A stretch of 32,000 bases of DNA from Opitutaceae bacterium (GTDB lineage: Bacteria; Verrucomicrobiota; Verrucomicrobiia; Opitutales; Opitutaceae): the NCBI GenBank assembly GCA_947474995.1, contig CANJNJ010000020.1:11036-43035 (forward strand), read 5' to 3'. The position numbers and the translations under genes are program-made. The notes beneath the pieces were generated by a model, which ran no database searches, was not told the DNA's origin, and saw only the letters and a program-made list of their open reading frames with translations. Position 1 is the stretch's first letter. The number at the start of each line of letters is the position of its first letter. Shown piece after piece: positions 1-8,450 of the stretch.

Positions 1-77
1 AGGAAACGGAAGTCTGGGTAAAAACCAAAACCCCCGTCCTGGTGATCAAGACCGACAACGACATTCCCAAAGAGTGA
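1..77 (+). CDS. 3' end of an unidentified CDS that starts upstream of the window
   Basis: Frame 3 is open from the window edge to TGA at 75-77 (..ETEVWVKTKTPVLVIKTDNDIPKE*). It is too short to assign a family. Confidence 0.25.
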   Translation, partial: ETEVWVKTKTPVLVIKTDNDIPKE

Positions 78-99
78 TCCCGCGGGAAGCCCCTCGTCC

Positions 100-930
100 T
101 CAGGGCAGCGCCTTCAAGCGGACCTCAAAGATTTTTGGCCACCGCTTGCCGGTCACGAACAACCGATCGTTCGCCGCATCGTAAGCGAGACCATTGAGCA
201 CGTCGGTCTCCGGCCGCCGCTCCAGCAACGGCAGCAAACCGGCGAAATCAATCACGCCCCTCACCACCCCCGTGGCCGGGTCGATCCGCACGACCTCGTC
301 CGTCTGCCAGACGTTCGCAAAAACCTCCCCCTGGATATACTCAAGTTCATTCAACCGCTCCACCGGTTTGCCTTTCGCCGTGACCTCGATGGTCCGGTTT
401 ACGGCAAACGTCGCGGGATCGATGAATCGCAGCCGCGCGGTTCCGTCACTCATGATCAGCCACCGGCCGTCGGTGGTGAGGCCCCAGCCCTCGCCGGCAT
501 AGGTGAACTCCTTTTCCCGGCGGAAGGTGTCGGCATCGTAAACCAACGCCGTGCCGCTGTGCCAAGTAAGCTGAAAGGCCTGCGACCCGATGACGGCCAG
601 TCCCTCCGCGAAATGCTCGGCCGAAACGGAAACCTGTTTGAGCACCTTTCCCGTGCCCAACTCGACCTCCCGCAAGGTCGACTGCCCATTCAGGCCGGTG
701 CTCTCGACCAGGTTGCCATGGCGAAAAACCAATCCCTGCGTGAAAGCCAGCCGGTCGTGCGGCCAAGTCTTCACGACCTCGTAGCCATACCGCGACACCG
801 TCCGGGTATCGGCCGGGCTCGGCGGGACACTCGGGGCGTGCACCGAAGCGGGCCGGCTGCACGCACTCAGCGCGAGAAAGGCGACCAGGCGCAGTGCCCC
901 TCCCGCCGAAACCGGATTTGCGTTTTTCAC
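100..930 (-). CDS. Glutaminyl-peptide cyclotransferase (bacterial/plant beta-propeller type), probable lipoprotein
   Basis: 276 aa with a GTG start. The N-terminal signal has a lipobox-like LALSAC. Family-typical strings are YGYEVVKTWPHD..AFTQGL, ESTGLNGQS.LREVEL.TGKV, FAEGL, GEGWGLTTDG, LNELEY, VFANVWQTD, VLNGLAYD and VTGKRWP. Confidence 0.85.
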   Translation of the reverse strand: MKNANPVSAGGALRLVAFLALSACSRPASVHAPSVPPSPADTRTVSRYGYEVVKTWPHDRLAFTQGLVFRHGNLVESTGLNGQSTLREVELGTGKVLKQVSVSAEHFAEGLAVIGSQAFQLTWHSGTALVYDADTFRREKEFTYAGEGWGLTTDGRWLIMSDGTARLRFIDPATFAVNRTIEVTAKGKPVERLNELEYIQGEVFANVWQTDEVVRIDPATGVVRGVIDFAGLLPLLERRPETDVLNGLAYDAANDRLFVTGKRWPKIFEVRLKALP

Positions 931-937
931 AACGCCG

Positions 938-2119
938 TTGGGTAATGGCGGGGTAGATCCAACTCAACCTCTCTCTTCCGTGTCCGTTAAAAACACTCCG
1001 CCCCCGCTCCTGTACGCCGACACCGAGCGCAGCGCAGACGCGCTCTATTTTGGCCGGGTCGCCGTCCCCGACCCGTTCGTCGCGTTCGGACTGCGCGGAA
1101 AGAAATATGCGGTCGTGGGCGCCCTTGAATTCGGCCGCGTGCGCCGCACCTCGCAATTCGACGTCGTCCTTCCGCTCGAAAAGTACCTGCAGCGCGCCCG
1201 CGAGCTGTGGCCGCAGCGCAAACCCGGGGCCGCCGAGGTGATCTTCCTGCTCGCGAAGGATTTCAAGCAGTCGCGGTTCACCGTTCCCGATGATTTCCCG
1301 GCCGGCGTCTTCGACAAGCTCTTCGAACTCGGACTCGACCTTACGGTGGCCGAAGGGGCCCTTTTTCCGGAGCGCGAACTCAAGACGCCCGTCGAAGCCG
1401 CGGCCATTCGGGAAGGCAACCGCTGCAGCGCGCTCGGTTTCGCCGCCGCCGAACGGATCCTGTGCGCCAGCCGGGTGCGCGGCCGCAACCTCGTTTACCG
1501 GAGCAAGATTGTGACCAGCGAATCAGTCCGGTTTGCGATCGAAGTGGCCTGCCTCGAGGCGGGCGCCGTCGCCGCCCATACCATCGTCGCGGGAGGTGAT
1601 CAGGGTTGCGATCCCCACGAGCGCGGTTCGGGCCCCCTGCGCCCCCATGAACTCATCGTGGTCGACATTTTTCCCCGGCTGAGTGCCAGCGGGTATTTCG
1701 GGGACATGACCCGCACGTTCCTGCGCGGTCGCGCCAGCGATGCCCAGCGCGCCCTGGTCGCGGCCGTGCGGGCAGCCCAGCTGACCGCGCTCAAAACCAT
1801 CCGCGCCGGCGTGAACGGCCGCGAGGTCCACGGCAAAGTCGTCGAAGTCTTTACCGCCCGCGGTTACGAGACGAAACACACGGCCTCCGGTTCGGTGGGA
1901 TTTTTTCACGGCACGGGCCACGGTCTGGGCCTCGCGGTGCACGAACCGCCCCGGATGAGCGGCGCGGTCGACTATCGCCTGCGCAAGAATTCCGTCGTGA
2001 CGGTCGAGCCCGGACTTTATTATCCCGGTCTGGGCGGGTGTCGGATCGAGGACGTCGTGCAAGTGACGACCCGCGCCCCGAAGATGCTCTCACGCTACCA
2101 TTACAACTGGGAATTTTGA
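938..2119 (+). CDS. M24B family Xaa-Pro aminopeptidase/prolidase-like metallopeptidase
   Basis: C-terminal pita-bread motifs HGTGHGLGLAVHEPP and VEPGLYYPGLGGCRIEDVV, plus a creatinase-like N-domain. The ORF-track start at 938 is TTG, and an in-frame GTG at 980 is an alternative. The stop overlaps the next gene's ATG (TGATG at 2117-2121). Confidence 0.85.
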   Translation: MGNGGVDPTQPLSSVSVKNTPPPLLYADTERSADALYFGRVAVPDPFVAFGLRGKKYAVVGALEFGRVRRTSQFDVVLPLEKYLQRARELWPQRKPGAAEVIFLLAKDFKQSRFTVPDDFPAGVFDKLFELGLDLTVAEGALFPERELKTPVEAAAIREGNRCSALGFAAAERILCASRVRGRNLVYRSKIVTSESVRFAIEVACLEAGAVAAHTIVAGGDQGCDPHERGSGPLRPHELIVVDIFPRLSASGYFGDMTRTFLRGRASDAQRALVAAVRAAQLTALKTIRAGVNGREVHGKVVEVFTARGYETKHTASGSVGFFHGTGHGLGLAVHEPPRMSGAVDYRLRKNSVVTVEPGLYYPGLGGCRIEDVVQVTTRAPKMLSRYHYNWEF

Positions 2120-3096
2120 TGAAAGGCCTCGCCCCGCTCCTGCGAAAAATCTCCCGCTTGCGCATCCTCGTTGTCGGGGACGTGATGCTCGATCACTATA
2201 TTTGGGGCGACGCGACCCGCATTTCCCCGGAGGCACCGGTCCCGGTCATCGACATCGCCAAGGACACCTGGAGCGCCGGCGGTGCGGCCAACGTGGCCCT
2301 CAATATCGCCTCGCTCGGCGCGCGTTGCAGCGTCGTCGGTTTCATCGGTGACGACGAAGCGGGCGCGAAGCTCACGGAGATTCTGCACGAAAAGAAAATC
2401 GCCACGCTCCGCACTCCCGGGAACGCGACCACCATCGTCAAAACCCGCGTGCTCGTGCAGCACCAGCAACTTTGCCGGCTGGATCGCGAGGCGCCGCCCG
2501 CGGCCTATCAAATCACGGCCGCGCAAATCGAGTCGCTCCTGGCGCGGGCCATGGCGGATTGCGATGCCGTGATCCTCTCGGACTATGCCAAAGGCATCCT
2601 CACGGATGAGGTCATTGCCCGGATCACCAAGCTGGCTCAGGCCACCGGGAAGTTCATCGCCCTTGATCCCAAGCCCCGCCGAAAAATCGGATTTCACGGG
2701 CTCGACCTGATCACGCCCAACAAGCGTGAGTCGATGCAGCTGGCGGGCTTGGAGATTTCTCCCCAAACGCCTTTCCCCGCCCGCGCCGTCTGCGCCCGCT
2801 TACATGAACTCTACGGCACGAAGAATCTTGTCATCACCCTCGGCGAGGACGGCATGCTGCTCAGTTCCAACGGTCGGATTGTGAAGACGATTCCCACCGC
2901 CGCCCGTGAGGTCTTCGACGTCTCCGGCGCCGGCGACACCTCGCTGGCCGGACTTGTGCTGGCGCTGGTCGCGGGCGAAAACCTGGAAACCGCCGCGCTC
3001 TTCGCCAACGCCGCCGCCGGCGTGGTCGTCGGAAAAATCGGCACCGCGACCGTCACGCCCGCCGAACTCCAAGCCTACGTCGCGCGCGAATCATGA
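2119..3096 (+). CDS. hldA: D-glycero-beta-D-manno-heptose-7-phosphate kinase (stand-alone HldE/RfaE domain I, PfkB family)
   Basis: Trimmed to the ATG at 2119 (MKGLAPLL..). It closely resembles the E. coli HldE N-domain: ILVVGDVMLDHYIWGD..RISPEAPVPV, GGAANVALNIASLG, VSGAGDT and ANAAAGVVVGKIGTATV. There is no C-terminal adenylyltransferase domain. Confidence 0.85.
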   Translation: MKGLAPLLRKISRLRILVVGDVMLDHYIWGDATRISPEAPVPVIDIAKDTWSAGGAANVALNIASLGARCSVVGFIGDDEAGAKLTEILHEKKIATLRTPGNATTIVKTRVLVQHQQLCRLDREAPPAAYQITAAQIESLLARAMADCDAVILSDYAKGILTDEVIARITKLAQATGKFIALDPKPRRKIGFHGLDLITPNKRESMQLAGLEISPQTPFPARAVCARLHELYGTKNLVITLGEDGMLLSSNGRIVKTIPTAAREVFDVSGAGDTSLAGLVLALVAGENLETAALFANAAAGVVVGKIGTATVTPAELQAYVARES

Positions 3097-3623
3097 GCAA
3101 AGGGCTGTTTCTCGATCGCGACGGCACCCTCATCCTCGACAAACACTACCTCGCTGATCCCGCGGGCGTGGAACTGATCCCGGGAGTCGTCGACGGGTTG
3201 CGACGGGCCCGGTCGCTCGGGTACAAATTATTTCTGTTCACGAACCAGTCCGGCATCGGCCGCGGGCTGCATACGCTCGATGACGTCCTGCGCGTGAACG
3301 CGCGAATGGAAGAACTCCTCGGCCTGCCCCATCCGTTGTTTACCGACATTTGCATCGCCCCGGAGTCATCCGACCAGCCCCCAGTCTATCGCAAACCCTC
3401 GCCTCGCTTCATCGTGGAAACCATCGCCCGCCACTCGCTCGACCTGACGCAGTGCTGGATGGTCGGCGATCGCGAGGGCGACATTCAAGCCGGGCTCAAC
3501 GCAAAAATTGGCGCCGCCGCCGTTTGCACGGGAAAATACGACGCCGCCGGCTGGGCCACGCTTGCGCTCCCCGGGGTGCCCGTATTTCCCAGTTTCAGCG
3601 AATTCGCCGCAACATTGCGGTAG
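3093..3623 (+). CDS. gmhB: D-glycero-D-manno-heptose-1,7-bisphosphate phosphatase (HAD superfamily)
   Basis: HAD motifs LFLDRDGTL, FTNQSGIGRG, RKPSP and MVGDREGDIQAG. There is an ATGA start/stop overlap with the kinase gene at 3093-3096. Confidence 0.8.
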   Translation: MSKGLFLDRDGTLILDKHYLADPAGVELIPGVVDGLRRARSLGYKLFLFTNQSGIGRGLHTLDDVLRVNARMEELLGLPHPLFTDICIAPESSDQPPVYRKPSPRFIVETIARHSLDLTQCWMVGDREGDIQAGLNAKIGAAAVCTGKYDAAGWATLALPGVPVFPSFSEFAATLR

Positions 3624-3636
3624 ATTTGCCGGGGTC

Positions 3637-5055
3637 ATGAAAAATATTCTCCTCCGGTTCGCCGGCCTCGTCGGGCTCGCCGCCCGCCTCGTCGGCCAGG
3701 AAACCGATACGTTCGTTTCACTTCGGGCACCGGTCATCGCCCTGACTCACGCCCGCGTCATCGATGGCCGGGGCACGGCATCGCGCGACGATCAAACCAT
3801 CGTGATTCGCGACGGACGTATCGCCGATATTGGCCCCAGCGCGGCAACCTTCATCCCACCCGGCGCGCGAACCCTCGACCTCGCCGGCAAGACCGTGCTG
3901 CCCGGCTTGGTGATGCTGCACGAGCACCTCTTTATTTCGGCGCGCGCCGTCCCCTCGTTTCACGTCAATGAAATGGAGTTCTCCTTTCCACGGCTCTATC
4001 TCGCCTGCGGTCTGACCAGCATCCGCACTGGCGGGAGCATCGAACCCTACACCGATCTCGAGCTGAAATCCCGCATTGACGCCGGCACGATGCCTGGGCC
4101 GAAGCTCCACCTCACCGCTCCGTACCTCGAGGGCGTACCTTCCCCCATCACGCAACTGCACGCGGTCAGGAACCCCGATGACGCCGCCCGCCTGGTGAAC
4201 TTCTGGGCCGACAACGGCTTCACCTCCTTCAAGTGTTACCTGCATCTGCCGCAGGAGGCCATGCGGGCCGCCATCGTCGCGGCCCATCTGCACGGTCTCA
4301 AGGTCACCGGCCACATCGGCGCGGTCACTTATCGCGAGGCCGCCGAACTCGGTATCGATAACCTTGAGCATGGCTTTTTCGCCGCGACCGACTTTGTGCG
4401 CGGCAAGAAGGAAAACGAGTTGCCCAGCCCCGTGATCGTGGCCGCCAGCCAGGATGAACTCGACGTCAACGCACCGGAGGTTGCCTCGCTCATCTCCTTT
4501 CTCGTCGAAAAACACGTCGCGCTGACCTCGACGCTGCCGGTGTTCGAAGCGAGCGTACCGGGCCGCCCCCTTCTCTCCGCCCGCGAACTCGAGGCCTTCT
4601 CCGCGCCATCTCGCGACAGCTACCTGCGCACCTGGGCCCGCGTCAACGGACCCAACGATGGCCGCGCCGCCTCGATCTGGAAGAAAATGCTCATCCTTGA
4701 AAAGATGTTCTTTGCCGCCGGCGGCCTGCTCGTCGCTGGAACCGATCCGACCGGCTATGGCGCAACCATCGCCGGCCACGGCAGCCTGCGCGAGGTCGAG
4801 TTGCTCGTCGAAGCGGGGCTCACGCCGGTCCAGGCCATTCAGGTCGCCAGCTACAACGGCGCCCGCTGGTTGGGGGTGGAAAAAGCCGTCGGTAGCATCG
4901 AGGCAGGCAAAGCCGCCGATCTTTTCATCGTGGCCGGCGATCCGTCGAAGGACATCGCCGACATCCGAAAAATCGAGACGGTCTTCAAGGACGGCGTCGG
5001 TTACGATTCCCCGAAGCTGATCGACTCGGTCAAAGGCTGCGTCGGCATCCAATAG
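3637..5055 (+). CDS. Secreted metal-dependent amidohydrolase family protein (PF01979-like)
   Basis: Trimmed to the in-frame ATG at 3637 (MKNILLRFAGLVGLAARLVGQ, signal-peptide-like). Family features are ARVIDG..., IVIRDGRIADIG, VLPGLVMLHEHL (HxH) and C-terminal GSIEAGKAADL..V.GDP. The substrate is unknown. Confidence 0.75.
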   Translation: MKNILLRFAGLVGLAARLVGQETDTFVSLRAPVIALTHARVIDGRGTASRDDQTIVIRDGRIADIGPSAATFIPPGARTLDLAGKTVLPGLVMLHEHLFISARAVPSFHVNEMEFSFPRLYLACGLTSIRTGGSIEPYTDLELKSRIDAGTMPGPKLHLTAPYLEGVPSPITQLHAVRNPDDAARLVNFWADNGFTSFKCYLHLPQEAMRAAIVAAHLHGLKVTGHIGAVTYREAAELGIDNLEHGFFAATDFVRGKKENELPSPVIVAASQDELDVNAPEVASLISFLVEKHVALTSTLPVFEASVPGRPLLSARELEAFSAPSRDSYLRTWARVNGPNDGRAASIWKKMLILEKMFFAAGGLLVAGTDPTGYGATIAGHGSLREVELLVEAGLTPVQAIQVASYNGARWLGVEKAVGSIEAGKAADLFIVAGDPSKDIADIRKIETVFKDGVGYDSPKLIDSVKGCVGIQ

Positions 5056-5058
5056 CGC

Positions 5059-5892
5059 ATGCCCGAGCTCGCCGAGGTCGAATTTTTCCGCCGACGCTGG
5101 CATGAAGCCGCCGTCGGGGAGCGCGCGCTCAAGGTCCTGACCCACGACAAGAAAAGGCTGCTGCGCGAACTCAACCTGCAGGCTTTCCGGCGCGCCCTCA
5201 CCGGCGCGACCCTCCAATCGTCCGAAGCCGCCGCGAAGCAGATGCTCTTCCGCTTCAGCGGGAACGCCTGGCTCGGAATCCACCTCGGGATGAGCGGTGA
5301 ATTGAGCGTCACGCCACCGGATCACACCGCCGGGAAGCACGACCACTTGGTCCTCGTCACCAAGCGGCATGCCCTGGTCTTCACCGATCCCCGCATGTTC
5401 GGCCGAGTCGAATTCCATCTCGGCACGGAGGCGCCCCGCTGGTGGACCAAGATCGCACCGTCCATTCTTTCAGAAGCGTTCACGGTGGGAGCCGTGGCCG
5501 CTTTCCTGCAGCGCCGGGCCCGGGCGCCCATCAAGGCCGTCCTGCTCATGCAGGAACGTTTTCCCGGGATCGGCAATTGGATGGCGGACGAAATTCTCTG
5601 GCGTGCCTCCCTTCATCCGGCGCGACGCGCCGGTTCGCTCACCGCCGCGGAAACCCGCACGCTGTGGCGCGAATGCCGGCACGTTTGCCAACTCGCCCTC
5701 GGCACGATTGCCGGCCGGGGCCAGCGCCTGCCGCCCAATCTCAACGCGTTCATTCCGAAAACTTGGTTATTTTGGCACCGGTGGGAGGACGGCGGCCGCT
5801 GCCCGCGCACCAAGACGCCCCTCGCCCGCGCGGCCATCGGCGGCCGCACCACCTGCTGGTCCCCGGCCCGACAGAAGCTCCAACCACGATGA
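5059..5892 (+). CDS. mutM: Formamidopyrimidine-DNA glycosylase (Fpg/Nei family) with a partly degenerate C-terminal zinc finger
   Basis: N-terminal [16 protein letters not shown], and H2TH region [24 protein letters not shown]. The C-terminal [16 protein letters not shown] aligns to the E. coli CxxC..CxxC finger. Confidence 0.85.
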   Translation: MPELAEVEFFRRRWHEAAVGERALKVLTHDKKRLLRELNLQAFRRALTGATLQSSEAAAKQMLFRFSGNAWLGIHLGMSGELSVTPPDHTAGKHDHLVLVTKRHALVFTDPRMFGRVEFHLGTEAPRWWTKIAPSILSEAFTVGAVAAFLQRRARAPIKAVLLMQERFPGIGNWMADEILWRASLHPARRAGSLTAAETRTLWRECRHVCQLALGTIAGRGQRLPPNLNAFIPKTWLFWHRWEDGGRCPRTKTPLARAAIGGRTTCWSPARQKLQPR

Positions 5893-6656
5893 CGACCCCG
5901 GCCAGACAACGGCTCGACGAACTGCTGGTCGCCCGCGGCCTCGCGGTTTCCCGCGCCCAGGCGAAAGCGCTAATCATGAGCGGCCGCGTCCTGCGCGGCA
6001 CCGAGCGCCTCGACAAACCCGGCAAGGAGTTTCCCGTCGACGTGGCGCTCACGGTCGAGCAACCGCCGCGCTTTGTCAGCCGCGGCGGCGAGAAACTTTC
6101 GGCCGCGCTGGAAACCTTCTCCCTGGATCTGCGCGGCGCCCATGTGCTCGACGTCGGCGCGTCCACCGGTGGCTTCACGGACTGCTGCCTGCAAGCCGGC
6201 GCGACCGACGTCGTCTGCGTCGATGTCGGCCGGGCGCAGCTGCACGCGAAGCTCCGCGCCGATCCCCGCGTCACGAACCTCGAGAAAATCAACGCCCGCT
6301 TTCTGACGGCCAAGGACCTGCCCCGGACAGACTACGATATCGTCACCATGGATCTCTCGTTTATTTCCCTGAAGACGGTGCTGCCCGCCGTGTGGCCGCT
6401 GCTTCGCTCCGGGGGCACTCTCGTCGCGCTCGTGAAGCCGCAATTCGAAGCCGGCAAGGCGGAAGCCACCAAAGGGCGCGGGGTCATCCGCGACCCGGCG
6501 GTGCAGGAGGCCACGCTCGCGGCCGTGAGGAACTTTGCCCTCACAGACCTGGCCGGGGCCAGGCTCGTCGGCGCGATCGACTCGCCGATCACGGGCGCCG
6601 ATGGCAATCGGGAGTTCTTGCTCGGATTGCGGAAGGAAACCAAGGTGACGGCGTGA
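5889..6656 (+). CDS. tlyA: TlyA family rRNA 2'-O-ribose methyltransferase (S4 + FtsJ-like domains)
   Basis: Trimmed to the ATG at 5889, which overlaps the mutM stop as ATGA. Features are [27 protein letters not shown] (S4), VSRGGEKL and [20 protein letters not shown] (SAM site). Confidence 0.85.
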   Translation: MTTPARQRLDELLVARGLAVSRAQAKALIMSGRVLRGTERLDKPGKEFPVDVALTVEQPPRFVSRGGEKLSAALETFSLDLRGAHVLDVGASTGGFTDCCLQAGATDVVCVDVGRAQLHAKLRADPRVTNLEKINARFLTAKDLPRTDYDIVTMDLSFISLKTVLPAVWPLLRSGGTLVALVKPQFEAGKAEATKGRGVIRDPAVQEATLAAVRNFALTDLAGARLVGAIDSPITGADGNREFLLGLRKETKVTA

Positions 6657-6684
6657 TTTTCCCCGCCCCTTCCGAGCCTTCTCG

Positions 6685-7524
6685 ATGAAGCCCATTCGCA
6701 AACTTGCGTTCGTCGTAAATGACGAAAAGGAAGGCGCCTTGGAGTTGGCCCGGGAGCTCGCCAAGATCGCGCAGGCATCCGGGGTGCACTGCAAGACGAC
6801 GATCCGCGCCCCACTACCGGCTGGTTTCTTGCGCGGCTACGATGCTTGTTGCGTCATTGGCGGCGACGGCACGCTGCTCGGCGTGGCGCGCGAGTCCGCA
6901 CACGAGAACGTCCCTATCATCGGCGTCAATCGCGGCAGCCTGGGGTTTCTCACCACCTTTTCGGCCGAAGAGGCGCGCACGCATTTTAGCGGATTGCTCG
7001 GGGGCGCTTTTCGGGTCGATTACCGCGCCATGCTCGACTGCTCGACCGGAGCCGGCGCCCACGATCTCGCGCTGAACGACGTCCTGCTGAAGGATGAAAT
7101 CAATTCCCGCCTCGTGCGCCTCGAAGTTTTCGCTGACGGCGAGCTGGTGACCGAATACACGTGCGACGGATTGATTTTCTCCACCCCGACGGGCTCCACG
7201 GCCTACAATCTTTCGGCCGGCGGCCCGATTCTGCATCCGTCAGCCGAAGTGATCGCGATGACCCCGATTTGCCCGCATACGCTGAGTAACCGCTCCATTA
7301 TTTTTCGGGACAATGTGCGACTGCGTGTCTTCAACCGCACGAAAGACTCGCGCCTGCTCGTGGCCATGGATGGTCAGCGCAATCTCAAGGTCAGCGCCCG
7401 TTCGCCCGTGGAAATCTCGATCGCCAAGCGCCGGTTGCCCCTCGCCCAGCGCCTCGACTATTCGCATTTTTCGGTGGTGCGGGCGAAACTGAAGTGGAGC
7501 GGCGGTTTCGTGGAAAAGAGTTAG
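6685..7524 (+). CDS. nadK: NAD(+) kinase
   Basis: Motifs GGDGTLLG, NRGSLGFLT and CDGLIFSTPTGSTAYNLSAGGPILHP. The tlyA-nadK adjacency is a widely conserved pairing. Confidence 0.9.
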   Translation: MKPIRKLAFVVNDEKEGALELARELAKIAQASGVHCKTTIRAPLPAGFLRGYDACCVIGGDGTLLGVARESAHENVPIIGVNRGSLGFLTTFSAEEARTHFSGLLGGAFRVDYRAMLDCSTGAGAHDLALNDVLLKDEINSRLVRLEVFADGELVTEYTCDGLIFSTPTGSTAYNLSAGGPILHPSAEVIAMTPICPHTLSNRSIIFRDNVRLRVFNRTKDSRLLVAMDGQRNLKVSARSPVEISIAKRRLPLAQRLDYSHFSVVRAKLKWSGGFVEKS

Positions 7525-7625
7525 CGACGGTTTTCGCCCTCGGGGTAGTCAGCGCTCAACCACGCGACTCGGAGACTCGCGCCACATCGCGCTGGGCTCC
7601 GACCGGCGTCGGCCGTCCGGATCCA

Positions 7626-8450
7626 TCACAACAAATTAATCAAGTCCGCGCGAATCGCATCGACGCGTTTATAGGCCGCCATTTCCGCGGGCATCCTCGC
7701 CAGGGCCCGGCGCAGTCCGCTACCCGCCGGCTCGCGGGCGAGTTCATCCAAGCGGCACAGCGCGATCCGAATGCCGAAGGCGATTCCGCCGGTCCGCGGC
7801 AGCGCCATCACGGCCTGCTCCTCGACGCGGAGCCACAGTCGGTCGAGCGCGACCGGCGCGCCGGGCGCAGGGATGCCACGGTCCGGATGAAGATTGCGTT
7901 CGTCCGTGGCGGCCAAACCCCAGTTGTCCCGCAAAAAAGCCACGCCCGGTTTCATCCGCGAGAGAAACTGGTGAATCGGCGCGGCCAGCGCGGAATTAAG
8001 CCCCGGCACCACGTCGTGAATGAAGTCCACCGTGTGCCCGATTTTTTCGGTGAGGGCCCACCCGGACGCGAAACACACCACGCCGCCCTGCAGCCGAAAA
8101 CGACCGCCCGCGTCCGGCGAGAGGAAAAGCACATCCGGCTCGAGCACGGCGCCCAGTTCGTGAATCGTCGGGCGCCACGGGGCGCTCCCGCGCGCATCAG
8201 CTTGCGCTGGCGGTCCGGCGACCGCGCTCTGGCGGATGGCCGCAAGGCTGCAAAATTCCTCCAGTAACGGCGCGGCTTCGGGCAAAAGTGCCGCATAGCA
8301 GGCCGGGGACGCTTCCAGCCATTTTCGCCGCTCAGCAAGTAATCCGCCGCCCGCATCCTGGGGCCGAAAAAAATCCTCCGGGGCGCCCCGGCGGAGGGTG
8401 AGGTGAAAACGGTAATCTCCGTCGGGAAAGAGATGCGCGTAGGCGCTCAC
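7626..8450 (-). CDS. DUF3445-family protein (heme-dependent oxidative N-demethylase alpha-subunit-like)
   Basis: 274 aa with a GTG start that overlaps the upstream M16 stop (GTGA at 8447-8450). From memory of the DUF3445 family pattern: FPDGDYRFHL.., LAERRKWL, and GGVVCFASGWALTEKIGHTVDFIHDVVPGLN...FL.RMKPGVAFLRDNWGL. This needs HMM confirmation. Confidence 0.6.
   Translation of the reverse strand: MSAYAHLFPDGDYRFHLTLRRGAPEDFFRPQDAGGGLLAERRKWLEASPACYAALLPEAAPLLEEFCSLAAIRQSAVAGPPAQADARGSAPWRPTIHELGAVLEPDVLFLSPDAGGRFRLQGGVVCFASGWALTEKIGHTVDFIHDVVPGLNSALAAPIHQFLSRMKPGVAFLRDNWGLAATDERNLHPDRGIPAPGAPVALDRLWLRVEEQAVMALPRTGGIAFGIRIALCRLDELAREPAGSGLRRALARMPAEMAAYKRVDAIRADLINLL

Noticed and set aside
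3718-5418. A 566-aa ORF antisense to the amidohydrolase and mutM genes.
   Set aside because: The translation is low-complexity and rich in Arg, Gly, Ala and Asp, with no family resemblance. The opposite strand carries clear homologues. Long spurious antisense ORFs like this are expected in GC-rich DNA.
5369-6688. A 439-aa +strand ORF out of frame with mutM and tlyA.
   Set aside because: The translation is an Arg/Pro/Ala-rich string. The mutM and tlyA frames have clear motifs, so this is an alternative-frame artefact.
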